DNA of 64,000 bases from an uncultured delta proteobacterium (GCA_963851005.1 CAWKNI010000007.1:1630904-1694903); one strand, 5' to 3'. Numbered from the stretch's first letter, positions 29,582-40,567 are shown. Notes: generated from the letters alone by a model not told the origin. Program-made: numbers and translations.

Positions 29582-30619
29582 TTAACTAGTCTGCCCCCAA
29601 AATAGTACTTTAGTGATTTTAAAACGCCTGAGCAACAGGAACGATAGAGCTAGAGAGAAAAATAATGACACCACGGCAGCGGAAAAATACCACCATATAG
29701 CATTACTGAATTTAAATAAAAAATAACTATGACAAGCGTAGATATCCAAAGTCCACATTCCCAACCAACTGAGAAAATAATATAATCGAGACTGTTTAAT
29801 TCGTTCCAAGATAAAAGAACATAAAGCTATTCCTCCAAAGGATATGGCGTATTTATAGATGGAAACAACCAGTCGAGCAATGTCTTCGTTATGTAGAGAG
29901 CTTAAAAGCACGGGATAAAAAGTTGGAAATGCATTTCTTTCCCAACCCAGAACCAAAACAGGAAAGGTTACGATGGCCACTGCATAAATGATCTTGCGTT
30001 TGGCTTTCAGTACATCGAGATATTTGCATACAAAAAAACCCGCCGCGTAATAGGGGAAATATTGTTTAACATCGGCTAAAGCAAGAAAATTAGCAGAGGC
30101 GGTCATGGAAAGCAGAATCGCTGCTAATACAAAATAGTTTTCTCTGTGCTGCCGTTTTTTATAACGTGCGAGTTTCAGCGCGCCAAACAGAAGCGCGCTG
30201 TTTAAAAATAGTATCCACAAAAACCATAATCCGCGCGCAGGCGATTTCATCAGATCAAATAAATAGGCGGGCAGACTGATGTCCGTTTGAAAACGGACAA
30301 AAATATAGTTGATGATGTACCAAACAATGAAAGGCACCAACAGCCGGACGGCATTTTTTTTCAGATAATTCAAAAGAGAATATCCAAACTGTGTGGACAA
30401 GATAAAACCGCTCAAAAACATGAGCATCGGCATATGAAATGAATAGATAATCCGAAACAGGAGATTGTTGTCATAATTGGGATCATTGATCTGGATTGAA
30501 TGTCCCCAAACGACCAGGATAATGGCCAATCCCTTCAATGCGTCAATATGTTGATTGCGCCTCTGCGCCAATATCCCGTCTATTTTCAGCCAACTTTTAA
30601 TCTTGTCCAAAAAATTCAT
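29582..30619 (-). CDS. Acyltransferase family 3 (O-acyltransferase)
   Basis: 345 aa with HIDALKGLAIILVVWGHS and a multi-TM profile. It is bracketed by repeat copies C and D in direct orientation. Confidence 0.75.
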   Translation of the reverse strand: MNFLDKIKSWLKIDGILAQRRNQHIDALKGLAIILVVWGHSIQINDPNYDNNLLFRIIYSFHMPMLMFLSGFILSTQFGYSLLNYLKKNAVRLLVPFIVWYIINYIFVRFQTDISLPAYLFDLMKSPARGLWFLWILFLNSALLFGALKLARYKKRQHRENYFVLAAILLSMTASANFLALADVKQYFPYYAAGFFVCKYLDVLKAKRKIIYAVAIVTFPVLVLGWERNAFPTFYPVLLSSLHNEDIARLVVSIYKYAISFGGIALCSFILERIKQSRLYYFLSWLGMWTLDIYACHSYFLFKFSNAIWWYFSAAVVSLFFSLALSFLLLRRFKITKVLFWGQTS

Positions 30620-30835
30620 TATATTTTTCTTTTGTTAAACAATTACACACGCCATGCCCACAGCATGGCGACAGGTCTCTGCCTGGTGATGAATCCCTAT
30701 TTTTTAGAAAAATGTTCCATGCCTTCAATATTCTGATTTTCTTCTTCTTCGCCGCAATGAACCTCTATTGTAATTTGATCCATCTGCTGCAAATACTCTG
30801 ACGGGTAATTATATAAAATATCGTATTTTGCTACG

Positions 30836-30964
30836 TTATACCATTTCTAAATCAAAGATGATATTGAGGCGGCTAGGCGGAGGCGACGAGGCGTATTGTA
30901 CATACGTTGAGGAAGCCGACAACGAAGCCAACAAAAATAGCGCTTTGATTTAGATATGGTATTA
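30836..30964 (-). repeat. ~129-bp MITE-like repeat, copy D
   Basis: Near-identical to copy C, in the same orientation, and flanked by TTA on both sides. Confidence 0.9.
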
Positions 30965-31075
30965 TAATAAATCTCCGTGGTGTTTGCTATCATATATACA
31001 AAGTTATTAAAACATGATTTTTTCTTTTTTCTGTGTTATTTAGTTCTCTAAAAAAGAAGAACGATACTAAAATTT

Positions 31076-32234
31076 ATGCAAAAAATTGCGGTAGTTATAC
31101 CCAAATACGGCTTGCTTGGCGGAGCTGAACAATTCTCTTCCGAATTAACCGGAAGACTCGTTTCTTCAACAGGATATAAATTTCATGTGTACGCTAATCG
31201 CCGGCAAAAATCAGCGGCCCCTATAACTTTTCACCAAATGCCGATTATCTCTTTTCCTAAATTTCTGACCACACCCAGCTTCGCTTATTTTGTTCAACGC
31301 AAGATCAATCATGGCAATTTTTCTCTCGTTCATAGCCATGAAAGAATTTTTGCCGCTGATATCTTTACTATGCACGGCATTCCTCACCGATACTGGATTC
31401 ATAATGTTCGCCACAAGCAGATGAGCCTCTATGATTCAGCAACAGCTTGGGTCGAAAGAAAACTTGTTTATGAAGGTAACTGTAAAAAATTTATCGCCGT
31501 CTCCAGTCTGACTAAAGATATTTTTTTACAGGAATACAATATCAACCCCGATAAAGTTGCTGTTGTTAACCCCGGTGTGGATTTAAATGATTATTGCGAA
31601 CTGGACAAAGATTCCGTCCGTAACAGTGTTCGCAGTGAATTGGGAATTAACATCTCTGATACGGTAATTTTGTTTGCATCAATGAATTTTGAGATTAAAG
31701 GTCTCTGATAACGTTTTATTTTCTTTGGCCAAATTAAAAGCTCAAAATCGAAAATTCAAGCTCATCGTTGCCGGTAAAGGGAATATAAAGAAATATGCAA
31801 AAATGGCCCAAGAAGCTCAAATCATCTCCGATGTCATTTTTACCGGTCCTGTAAGCAAAGAAAAATTAATCAGAATATATTTGGCCGGTGATTTTTATAT
31901 TATGCTCTCCAAATTTGATACATTCGGCATGGTTGTTCTTGAGGCAATGGCAGCCGGTTTACCTGTACTTATAAGTAGCAATGTCGGCGCTAAAGATATT
32001 GTACAGGAAAATAAAAACGGATTTATTGTCAATGATACATCCGACATCGATTATATCGCGGCAAAAATAGCTCTGCTGCTCGATGAAAATATCCGTCGGA
32101 GGATGGCTGCCGTTGCGTGGCAAACAGCAGCGCAAAACACATGGGATAATGTAACAAAAAAATATGCGGCCATCTACGAGAATATAATGGCAGAAAAAAG
32201 CTTAATATCAGGAATAAAAAAAGGAAAATTATAA
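31076..32234 (+). pseudogene. Glycosyltransferase family 4 (GT-B), split by a 1-nt frameshift near 31704-31707
   Basis: ORF 31076-31708 ends ...MNFEIKGL-stop. ORF 31689-32234 continues ...DNVLFSLAKLK...FGMVVLEAMAAGLPV. Removing one nt from ggtctcTgataac gives a continuous FEIKGLDNVLF. Confidence 0.75.
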
Positions 32235-32251
32235 CACAAAAAAGCTAAAGA

Positions 32252-33109
32252 ATGGATATCTCTATTATCATTGTTTCTTACAATACCGCTGATTTTCTAA
32301 AAAGTTGTCTTGCTTCACTTCAACTGACAAGTGGAGTAACAAAAGAAATTTTTGTTGTTGATAACTGTTCAATTGATAACAGCGCGCAAATCGTAGCAGA
32401 AAGTTTTCCTGAAGTCAGAATTATCGCCAACAGCGAAAACAAAGGGTTTAGCGCGGCCAATAATCAGGCGCTAAAAGAATGCAAGGGCCGTTACGTTATT
32501 TTTCTAAATCCTGATACAACTATCAAAGAAAATACCCTACAAAAAGCCATTGCTTTCATGGATACCAATCGACAGATCGGACTGGCTGGAGCGAAAATTA
32601 TGAATCCGGATGGAACATCGCAGGAATCGGTATCTTATAGATATCCGGGAGAAAAATTCACATCCGGTGAAACAGCTAATCTACAAGGAAATATCGCCTG
32701 CGTTCTGGGGGCTTTCATAATCGCCCACAAACAACTGCTCGACGAACTACGTGGATTTGACGAAGACTTTTTTTTGTATGGAGAAGACCAGGATTTAGCC
32801 TGGCGCGTCAGAGAAAAAGGTTTTTCTATCGGGTATATTGAAGACGCCGAAGTATTCCACTGGGGCGGAAGAAGCGAAATTAACACGTCGCATGTGATTC
32901 TTTTTGAGAAAAAGCTTCGGGCCGAATATCTTTTTTATGCAAAACACTACAAGCCTCAAACCATCGCCCGAATCAAGTGTTCACAAAAACGAAAAGCAAA
33001 ATTCCGATTGATCATCCTTAAAATGACAGCCTCTTTTGTGCGCGATAAATATGCCCATTACAACAAAACGAAGTGTTACCAGATTGCCTTAGAAATGGCA
33101 CAGACATAA
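32252..33109 (+). CDS. Glycosyltransferase family 2
   Basis: ISIIIVSYNTADFL...VDNCSIDNS...NKGFSAANN...NPDT...GEDQDLAWR. Confidence 0.85.
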   Translation: MDISIIIVSYNTADFLKSCLASLQLTSGVTKEIFVVDNCSIDNSAQIVAESFPEVRIIANSENKGFSAANNQALKECKGRYVIFLNPDTTIKENTLQKAIAFMDTNRQIGLAGAKIMNPDGTSQESVSYRYPGEKFTSGETANLQGNIACVLGAFIIAHKQLLDELRGFDEDFFLYGEDQDLAWRVREKGFSIGYIEDAEVFHWGGRSEINTSHVILFEKKLRAEYLFYAKHYKPQTIARIKCSQKRKAKFRLIILKMTASFVRDKYAHYNKTKCYQIALEMAQT

Positions 33110-33343
33110 AAAACGATTATGACGACAATTATATTAATCGCCTTTATTATCATTGTAATTTTATTTTTACTGGAAACGGGACTGTATTTTTTGACCCATC
33201 ATCCAGCGTTTTTGAGATTACTTTCCCGAAAACTGCAAAACAGTATCGGCTATTTATATACATGGTGACATAGTTAAAATAATAAAAGTTGTCTTAATAG
33301 GAAAATTATTATAGCTTTAACACCCATTATTATAGATTGAATA

Positions 33344-33375
33344 GTGGAGCCCCTCCGGCAGGAGTTGGAGGCTCC
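33344..33375. repeat. REP-like hairpin, family 'gtggagcc...ggctcc'
   Basis: gtggagcccctccggcaggagttggaggctcc. Related copies lie at 17259, 43104, 59097 and 61557. Confidence 0.75.
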
Positions 33376-33535
33376 TTTCCAAAACGCGACATCCCGCGAT
33401 TGGCAGAAAGTATTCAACCCCCAGCGGGAACTGGGGGCTTTCTGCAACGGGGTAAAAGCCCTTATGAAATCTTGAAGCAAAAAAGGGGAACTGCTACTTA
33501 ATGTCAACGTAGGTTTATTTCGTCACAGATTATCC

Positions 33536-34738
33536 ATGCTTAATGAAAATATTAAAAAAGTTTCCAAACGAGAATATATTTACCGTATAGCTCTTGTACT
33601 CGGTTCTATCTTTATTGCCCTAGTACTTGCCGAATTGAGTATTCGGGCTTATTTTGCCATTAAAGACAAAAATCACAAATATTACGTTTGGCCTCCCAAT
33701 TTACACAGAGTTTCCAAGCCAATTCCCGGAACAATGGCCGGAGTTAGCGGCCCAGCGCATTTTAATGTCAATTCCGACGGCATAAGGGGGGACGAGATTT
33801 CTGCAGAGCAGCAATACAGGATATTAACAATTGGTGGAAGCACCACAGAGTGTCTTTTCCTCGATCAGGAAAAATCCTGGCCATATGCCCTGCAGAATAA
33901 ATTAAATTCTCTTAATAAATTTAAAGTCTGGGTAGGTAATGTCGGCAAATCAGGGCTCAGTACCAGGGAGCATTTCATGCATATGAAATATCTACTGCCG
34001 CAATATTCCGGCATTGACGCTGTTATCATCCTAGTTGGCTGTAATGATTTAAATAGAAGGCTAATAGAAGATAAGGATTACGATCCTTATTTTTTAGACC
34101 ATTATGAATACTGGAAACAGCGACTCATTCGTGGGGCGTTTTCAGAGACACCGTATTTCCAGGGTAAATATCGATTTCATAGCGGTTATTATGATGAATT
34201 AGCCACTGTTAGCCTTATTAAACAAGTGATAGATATGTATTCTAAACGGGAAATGATTCAGGATGAAGCAGGTGGTATATTTGTTAATTTAAGGAATCTC
34301 CGGAAGGGAGCATCAGTCATTGTTGATGATTTACCAGATCTATCTTCTGGATTGGAAGAATATAAACGGAACATTAATGCCATAATTGATATTGCGCAAC
34401 ATCGATCTATTCGAATTATCTTTATGACCCAGCCTTCATTGTGGAAAAAAGACTTAACTGAACAGGAAAAGAATCTTCTCTGGTATGGTTGGATAGGAAG
34501 CTTTAATTCAAAAAGATACTATTCTGTAAGTGCCCTGATGAAGGGAATGCAGGCATATAATGATGCCTTGCTTCAAGTATGCCGTGATCGCGGTGTGGAA
34601 TGTATTGATTTGGCGAGGATATTGCCCCAAAATAGCACAATGTTTTATGATGATGTTCACTTCACAGACAAGGCGTCATTAATGACAGCTGATATACTCT
34701 GCAATTATCTTAGCAAGAAAAAACCTTTTACAAATTGA
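33536..34738 (+). CDS. Membrane-anchored SGNH/GDSL-type hydrolase
   Basis: An N-terminal TM segment, ILTIGGSTTEC (block I Ser) and DDVHFTDKAS (block V D-x-x-H). Confidence 0.7.
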   Translation: MLNENIKKVSKREYIYRIALVLGSIFIALVLAELSIRAYFAIKDKNHKYYVWPPNLHRVSKPIPGTMAGVSGPAHFNVNSDGIRGDEISAEQQYRILTIGGSTTECLFLDQEKSWPYALQNKLNSLNKFKVWVGNVGKSGLSTREHFMHMKYLLPQYSGIDAVIILVGCNDLNRRLIEDKDYDPYFLDHYEYWKQRLIRGAFSETPYFQGKYRFHSGYYDELATVSLIKQVIDMYSKREMIQDEAGGIFVNLRNLRKGASVIVDDLPDLSSGLEEYKRNINAIIDIAQHRSIRIIFMTQPSLWKKDLTEQEKNLLWYGWIGSFNSKRYYSVSALMKGMQAYNDALLQVCRDRGVECIDLARILPQNSTMFYDDVHFTDKASLMTADILCNYLSKKKPFTN

Positions 34739-34886
34739 ACTGTATCGATTATTTTTATAATGGCAGTCGTCCTCAAATTATGAGAAAAGACAAGCATTTT
34801 TATATTCTTGATGGACATTTGAACGCCGCCGGTCACGGCATTGTTGCCGACGTTCTTCATCAAACCATTTCACGGACGGGCATTTT

Positions 34887-35717
34887 ATGACATCTTCTTC
34901 CGAACAAACATGCATTATCTGCGGTCATTCAGAACGCCGTTTTCTTTTCAACGAAAACAATTGGTATGTTTATAAATGCACGATCTGCGGCCTGGGCGTA
35001 CTTGACCCACGACCGAAACATGATCAATTATCCGATTTATATAATCAGGCATATTTTAAAAGCCACTACCATGAAGAATTGAATCCGGAATCCGACGAGA
35101 TGACCCAGCGGCTTAAACAGGAAAATCATCGTCTGCGTTTTTTTCGTAAATACAAAAAAAAAGGAAGAATTCTTGACATCGGCTGCGGACGCGGTTATTT
35201 TCTACTGGCCTGCCGAAGGCAAGGCTATGAAGTAGAAGGTATCGACGTTTCTGCCGATGCGGCGGCTTATGTCAATTCGACGCTCAATATTCCGGTGCAT
35301 GTCGGTCATATCAATTCCATCACACTTACCGAAAAAACCTATGATGTTGTCACGCTATGGCATTCTCTTGAACATACGGCTGATCCCAATGTATATATTA
35401 AAATGGCTAGCCGCTGGCTAAAAGATGACGGTATTTTGGTGGTTGACGTGCCAAATTATGAAGGGTACGATGCACGTAAGATCTGGCGCCAGTGGCCTCA
35501 ATGGGATTTGCCTTTTCATTTTTACCACTTCAGTCCTAAGTCGCTTTCGGCTCTTCTAGAAAAACATGGTTTTGAAATTATCCGCCGGAAAAGTTATTTG
35601 TCGGAATATATAAAAGAGAAACTGCAAAAAAACGCAATACCGAGTGCTCTGGCCAGAATCATCGCCAGGTTTTACTCCGGAGGCAGTTATGCTGTCATCG
35701 CTAAGAAAAGGATGTAA
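34887..35717 (+). CDS. Class I SAM-dependent methyltransferase with an N-terminal zinc ribbon
   Basis: CIICG...CTICG form the ribbon, and ILDIGCGRGYF is motif I. It is a paralogue of 39725-40567. Confidence 0.8.
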   Translation: MTSSSEQTCIICGHSERRFLFNENNWYVYKCTICGLGVLDPRPKHDQLSDLYNQAYFKSHYHEELNPESDEMTQRLKQENHRLRFFRKYKKKGRILDIGCGRGYFLLACRRQGYEVEGIDVSADAAAYVNSTLNIPVHVGHINSITLTEKTYDVVTLWHSLEHTADPNVYIKMASRWLKDDGILVVDVPNYEGYDARKIWRQWPQWDLPFHFYHFSPKSLSALLEKHGFEIIRRKSYLSEYIKEKLQKNAIPSALARIIARFYSGGSYAVIAKKRM

Positions 35718-35720
35718 TCC

Positions 35721-36638
35721 ATGAACAAAAAACGTTATATAGATCATTTGATATCCGACCAATCATTTCATTTCAGCCGTCTGGTCATTTCCGGCATTGA
35801 TAACACACCGGTAGCTGAAATTTTCTCCGACACGGTTTTAGAACAGGAATTTTGTCTGTTTGCTCATCATATTCAGACCGGTGACTCATACTGTGAATTT
35901 CTGCATCAGCGAGTTGTTCATTCTCTTCAGAATAGACAACCTCTCCCTGTGGCACGATTTGCCGACGGTGAATACGCTTTTTATAACTATACACTGGATT
36001 GTAACGGACTTTATAAACAGGCGAAATCTATTGAAGCGATCAGGAACGTTATGCCCCAACATATTTCAGCTATGCAATATCTTGCCAATCATGGCCTGTT
36101 GGCTCCTCTTGTTTATCCGGGAAATTCAAACATCTCTGCAGCGGGGTTTTTATCTTTTTTAAAAACAAAACCGGACTCAACCGGTGCTGATTTCCTGGAT
36201 TTTTTACACACTCACCATATCAGTTTGACTGCGGAAAACTATGTTCCTTTCTATGTTATCTATGCTTACTTAACCTCGGAAGATTTTGCCTTCGCGATGA
36301 ACGGCAAAAATCTTACCATCTTGAATTCCGACTACAACGAAAATAGTTGCAAAGAATGGTTTGCCCGATTCAACAGCTATCCAAATATAGAATTTGTTAA
36401 CATACCAGCCCAATACATAGCCACTCGCTGGGAAGATGTCAAAAATCCGATTCTGAACAAAATCCCTCAAGGGGCAGACCTGTGTCTTATAGGCGCAGGC
36501 GTGGGCGCGCTGCTGGTCTGCAAAGATGTCGCGCAAATATTTTCCATTCCTGCCATTGATGCCGGACATGTTTTGAATATGATGAATGACCGCGTAGACA
36601 AATCCAATGGTATGAGGTTATATACCCTAAGAAAATAA
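35721..36638 (+). CDS. Hypothetical protein (possibly a GT-D/DUF1792-like glycosyltransferase)
   Basis: 305 aa. ARFADGEYAFY resembles the RFGDGE motif of DUF1792. It is translationally packed between the methyltransferase and glycosyltransferase genes. Confidence 0.3.
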   Translation: MNKKRYIDHLISDQSFHFSRLVISGIDNTPVAEIFSDTVLEQEFCLFAHHIQTGDSYCEFLHQRVVHSLQNRQPLPVARFADGEYAFYNYTLDCNGLYKQAKSIEAIRNVMPQHISAMQYLANHGLLAPLVYPGNSNISAAGFLSFLKTKPDSTGADFLDFLHTHHISLTAENYVPFYVIYAYLTSEDFAFAMNGKNLTILNSDYNENSCKEWFARFNSYPNIEFVNIPAQYIATRWEDVKNPILNKIPQGADLCLIGAGVGALLVCKDVAQIFSIPAIDAGHVLNMMNDRVDKSNGMRLYTLRK

Positions 36639-36640
36639 CT

Positions 36641-37804
36641 ATGAACGATCCTTTAAAAAAATATCGTCAACAATTACGTGCATGGAGTAACTACCGCAGG
36701 CTTCAACGGGAAAAAGAATACTATTTACAGAAATTAACTCGGCAAAAATTAAGCATCCCCGATGACGATAACGTGAGACGGGAGATGAAAAAACGATTTC
36801 CTAACATACTGCCCAAAGCCAAAGGTGAACTAAACATCATTGCGATCTACCATAATTACAACTGGGAAAATGAAGCGCTGAAACCGTCTTTAGAAAAATT
36901 CGGCCGAGTTCGCCACTATGATTGGTTTGACCTGTTCAACCACCAACGTAAAGACTGGCACAAATCACTAAAATCCCAAATGAACAAAGATATGATTAAT
37001 CGGATAAATAGTTGGCTGGCGGATGAAAAAGCAGATTTAATATTTTCATACTTATCGGGAGAGATTATCAATTCGGAAACATTGCAATCAATTCGTAAGC
37101 ATAAAATACCGCTAATCAATCTGGCTCTTAATGATAAGGAATATTTTGTCGGAAAAGTTAAAGACGGCCGCGCATGGGGTGCTCGTGATATTTGCCGTTA
37201 TTTTGATATTTGCTGGACGAGCACGGAAGATGCTCTGGTCAAATACTGTGCTGAAGGCGCAGTGCCTGTTTATCTTCCGGAAGGCGCCAATCCGCAAATT
37301 CATAAACCTTATAATATAGAAAAAACGATTGATGTATCTTTTATCGGACAATGTTACGGCAATCGCGCAACAATAATTAACGAATTGAAAAAACGGGAAA
37401 TCAATGTGGAAACCTATGGAATTGGCTGGCCTCGCGGCCATCTCTCGACAGAGGAAATGATCAAGATGTATTCAAAAAGTAAAATCAACCTAGGCTTTGG
37501 CGGTATAGCCGGACATAAAAACACTTTTTGTCTCAAAGGTCGTGATTTTGAGATTCCCATGAGCGGCGGTCTTTATCTAACCGAAGATCATCCGGAACTT
37601 GGCAAAGTTTTTCGGCCGGGGGAAGAGATATTAACTTATTCCGGTATTAATGATCTTGTTCAAAAGATAAAGTATTATCTGGCTCATCCTGACGAAGCGG
37701 AATTCATAAGAATAAAAGGCTATGAACGTGCCTTGTGTGAACATACATGGGAGGCACGATTCAGCAAAATCTTTAGTTTATTGGATTTGCTCAATTTGAA
37801 ATGA
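36641..37804 (+). CDS. CgeB-family / Glyco_trans_1_2-type glycosyltransferase
   Basis: VSFIGQCYGNR...INLGFGG...LKGRDFEIPMSGGLYLTE...EHTWEARF matches the CgeB-like C-terminal domain pattern. Confidence 0.6.
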   Translation: MNDPLKKYRQQLRAWSNYRRLQREKEYYLQKLTRQKLSIPDDDNVRREMKKRFPNILPKAKGELNIIAIYHNYNWENEALKPSLEKFGRVRHYDWFDLFNHQRKDWHKSLKSQMNKDMINRINSWLADEKADLIFSYLSGEIINSETLQSIRKHKIPLINLALNDKEYFVGKVKDGRAWGARDICRYFDICWTSTEDALVKYCAEGAVPVYLPEGANPQIHKPYNIEKTIDVSFIGQCYGNRATIINELKKREINVETYGIGWPRGHLSTEEMIKMYSKSKINLGFGGIAGHKNTFCLKGRDFEIPMSGGLYLTEDHPELGKVFRPGEEILTYSGINDLVQKIKYYLAHPDEAEFIRIKGYERALCEHTWEARFSKIFSLLDLLNLK

Positions 37805-37833
37805 TATAATGCATAAGACAGCGGGTGATAAAA

Positions 37834-38694
37834 CTAAACTGTCATTTTTGCCGCGTCCAGTGTGTTTTTCATCAGCATGGCAATCGTCATCGGCCCGACA
37901 CCGCCGGGAACAGGAGTAATGTAGGATGCTTTGGCCGCAACTTCATCGAAAGCGACATCGCCGACTAATTTGCCGTTTTCCGAACGATTTACACCAACAT
38001 CAATGACTATCGCGCCATCTTTAACCATATCCGCTTTAACCATTTGAGGTTTACCGACGGCTGCAATTAGAATATCAGCCCGGCGTGTAATAGATGGCAA
38101 ATCTTTTGTCCGTGAGTGACAAATAGTGACCGTGGCATGTTGCGCCAAAAGTAACAGGGCTATTGGCTTTCCTACTATATTGCTGCGTCCGATCACAACT
38201 GCTTCTTTACCTTTCAGGTCGATACCGGTGCGGGCGATTAATTCCATGATTCCCCGGGGCGTGCAGGGAACAAACAGCGGCGAGCCGGTTACGAGGCCAC
38301 CCACATTGTAGGGATGAAAACCGTCCACGTCTTTGTGAGGATCGATGGCGGCAATGATTTTATCCGTAGAAATATTTTTAGGCAGAGGAAGTTGAACCAG
38401 AATGCCGTGAATAAGTTGATCCTTATTTAACTCGGCAATAATTTCCAGCAGTCTGTTCTCACTGGTGTCGGCAGGCAGCTTATACTCGCGGGAGAGAAAG
38501 CCAACCTCTGCGCATGCCTTTGCTTTCTTCCCAACATATACCTGCGAGGCGGGATCTTCGCCGACGAGCACGACAGCCAAGCCAGGAATAATTCCCTTTT
38601 GCTCTTTCAGCGAAATAGCACTTTGGCGCACTTCATTGCGAATATCCTGTGCTATTTTATTACCGTCTATAATACTGACCATGAATGGCTTCAC
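37834..38694 (-). CDS. folD: Bifunctional methylenetetrahydrofolate dehydrogenase/methenyl-THF cyclohydrolase
   Basis: 286 aa with [29 protein letters not shown] and [12 protein letters not shown]. Confidence 0.93.
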   Translation of the reverse strand: MKPFMVSIIDGNKIAQDIRNEVRQSAISLKEQKGIIPGLAVVLVGEDPASQVYVGKKAKACAEVGFLSREYKLPADTSENRLLEIIAELNKDQLIHGILVQLPLPKNISTDKIIAAIDPHKDVDGFHPYNVGGLVTGSPLFVPCTPRGIMELIARTGIDLKGKEAVVIGRSNIVGKPIALLLLAQHATVTICHSRTKDLPSITRRADILIAAVGKPQMVKADMVKDGAIVIDVGVNRSENGKLVGDVAFDEVAAKASYITPVPGGVGPMTIAMLMKNTLDAAKMTV

Positions 38695-38808
38695 CTCAAA
38701 TCACTGGCATTATATAAAAGCACTTTGTTTTGTAAATTTGGGATTCATTACAATAGTCCCACTTAGCTTTGCACGTGGGATAATTCGACCAGCAAGCTTC
38801 AGTCGAAG

Positions 38809-38827
38809 ATGACCTTTAGGTTATGCA
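38809..38827. repeat. REP-like unit 'gacctttaggttat' within a mosaic repeat block (about 38740-38860)
   Basis: It shares units with 7130-7300 and 50850-51130; for example, cacttcgtttctgaagcttgggtctcattaaag is the inverse of 51007-51038. Confidence 0.7.
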
Positions 38828-38931
38828 CTTCGTTTCTGAAGCTTGGGTCTCATTAAAGTATCACAATAAAAGATTCCCCCTCGAATCCTATTGGGAAAAT
38901 CGAGGGGGAATATTGCTAAACGACAGGCAAT

Positions 38932-39477
38932 TTACTTTTCTTCTGAATATTTCTTTATTAAGTCAATAATTTGGGGAATATTCTCCATAGGAGTTTTACC
39001 TGAATAAATGTAACGAACAATCCTATTCTTATCAACAAGGATTGATGTTGCGATTTTGTGCGGAGCCCCCGCGATATCGCCGAATGCAAAATCCGGATCG
39101 AGCAGGATGATGGCGCCGGTCTTCTTCTGCTTGCGCTTGGCGATCATCTTAATCATGAAATTAGGCACCGGACTATCCTTCTGGTTTCCTATACCCAGTC
39201 CAGCATATTTATTTTCTTTTTTCAGACGCTCGACATCCATGTCTGCTTTTATTGCGTCAGATACATGATCATTATCATCTGCCGAACTCGAACTGGCATA
39301 TACGATATAAAGAACTCTGTTTGCTAATTCCGGCGAACTGAGGGTATATTCCTTATCACTAAGAGCATCGTTCAGTTTGAAGTCACCTATTTTGTCCCCC
39401 ACTTTTAACCCAGCCGCATAAGATGTAACGACACCCAACAATAAAACAAGAAAAACCACAGCAATTACTTTTTTCAT
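38932..39477 (-). CDS. Secreted thioredoxin-fold-like protein (YtfJ-like), uncertain
   Basis: 181 aa with the signal peptide MKKVIAVVFLVLLLGVVTSYA. The overall pattern recalls the YtfJ/HI0045 family, and there is no CxxC. Confidence 0.35.
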   Translation of the reverse strand: MKKVIAVVFLVLLLGVVTSYAAGLKVGDKIGDFKLNDALSDKEYTLSSPELANRVLYIVYASSSSADDNDHVSDAIKADMDVERLKKENKYAGLGIGNQKDSPVPNFMIKMIAKRKQKKTGAIILLDPDFAFGDIAGAPHKIATSILVDKNRIVRYIYSGKTPMENIPQIIDLIKKYSEEK

Positions 39478-39724
39478 TTTTTCCTCCTTTTTAAAATTAA
39501 GTAAATTATCTCATTAATGCTGACTTTGTGATAACTGACGAATGGTTAGTTATCTATATTTACAACAGTGCGGGAGAGTATAGAACAAAAAAAAGGCGTA
39601 GGCAAGCAAAAAAACTCTTTCCCAAAGCGAATTATTATAAGAAAAAAGGTTGAAACCCATGACTAGTTGTGTAAGAATTTCCCCTAATTTATTCGCTTGT
39701 TTAATATTATATAGATAAGAGAAA

Positions 39725-40567
39725 ATGATGGTGCAACAATCAGAATCTATAGCCAATAATGGCATTTATCGATCGTGTCCTCTATGCGGCAAAAAAAATG
39801 CGGATATAAAACCTTCGATATATTCAAAGAACCCATGGATAATAAAAAAGTGCGCCCAGTGCTGTTTTGTTTATCTGGAAAATCCTCCTGCCTATGAAGA
39901 ACTCGAAGAAACCTATGCCTGGGAAAAGACATCGCATCAGGTCGCTGAGGAAAAAAAGAAAAAGGAATCCGCACTGCGTCGCGGCGTGCGCGTCATTGAA
40001 CATTATAAGGACAGGCTTATTCGCCGGGATAAGCTCCTTGATCTGATCAAACTGTACTTCCCCACAGGGCCGGTGATAGATGTGGGATGCGGAGGAGGTG
40101 AAGTCATGGCGCGTCTGGATAAAAAATACACTCCCTTCGGAATTGAAGTATCCAGACAACTGGCCGAAGTCGCTCAAAAAATCGCGGTAACCAGGGGAGG
40201 CAGTGTTTTCTGCGGTAACGCTCTTCTGGGATTGAGTAGTTTCGAAAAAGATTTCTTTGTCGCGGCAATTATGTCCGCCTATTTAGAACATGAATCCGCG
40301 CCCCGTGAAGTTCTTCAGAAAATTCTGCAAATCTTGCAACCCGGCGCTCATCTCATTATTAAGGTGCCTAATTACGGTTGTGTTAATCGCATCGTCATGG
40401 GACAAAAATGGTGCGGGTTCCGGTACCCGGACCACGTTAATTACTGGACGCCGAAAACTCTTATCAAAATTATAAAGGATACGGGATTCCAGATCGTCCG
40501 ATTCAATATCTGGGATCGTTTCCCTACCAGTGATAACATGTGGCTTGTAGTTCGCAAACCACTTTGA
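39725..40567 (+). CDS. Class I SAM-dependent methyltransferase with an N-terminal zinc ribbon
   Basis: CPLCG...CAQCC form the ribbon, and VIDVGCGGGEV is motif I. Confidence 0.8.
   Translation: MMVQQSESIANNGIYRSCPLCGKKNADIKPSIYSKNPWIIKKCAQCCFVYLENPPAYEELEETYAWEKTSHQVAEEKKKKESALRRGVRVIEHYKDRLIRRDKLLDLIKLYFPTGPVIDVGCGGGEVMARLDKKYTPFGIEVSRQLAEVAQKIAVTRGGSVFCGNALLGLSSFEKDFFVAAIMSAYLEHESAPREVLQKILQILQPGAHLIIKVPNYGCVNRIVMGQKWCGFRYPDHVNYWTPKTLIKIIKDTGFQIVRFNIWDRFPTSDNMWLVVRKPL

Noticed and set aside
31689-31708. Programmed ribosomal frameshift in the GT4 gene
   Set aside because: There is no slippery heptamer or downstream structure at ggtctctgataac. A simple indel, either a mutation or a sequencing error, is more parsimonious.
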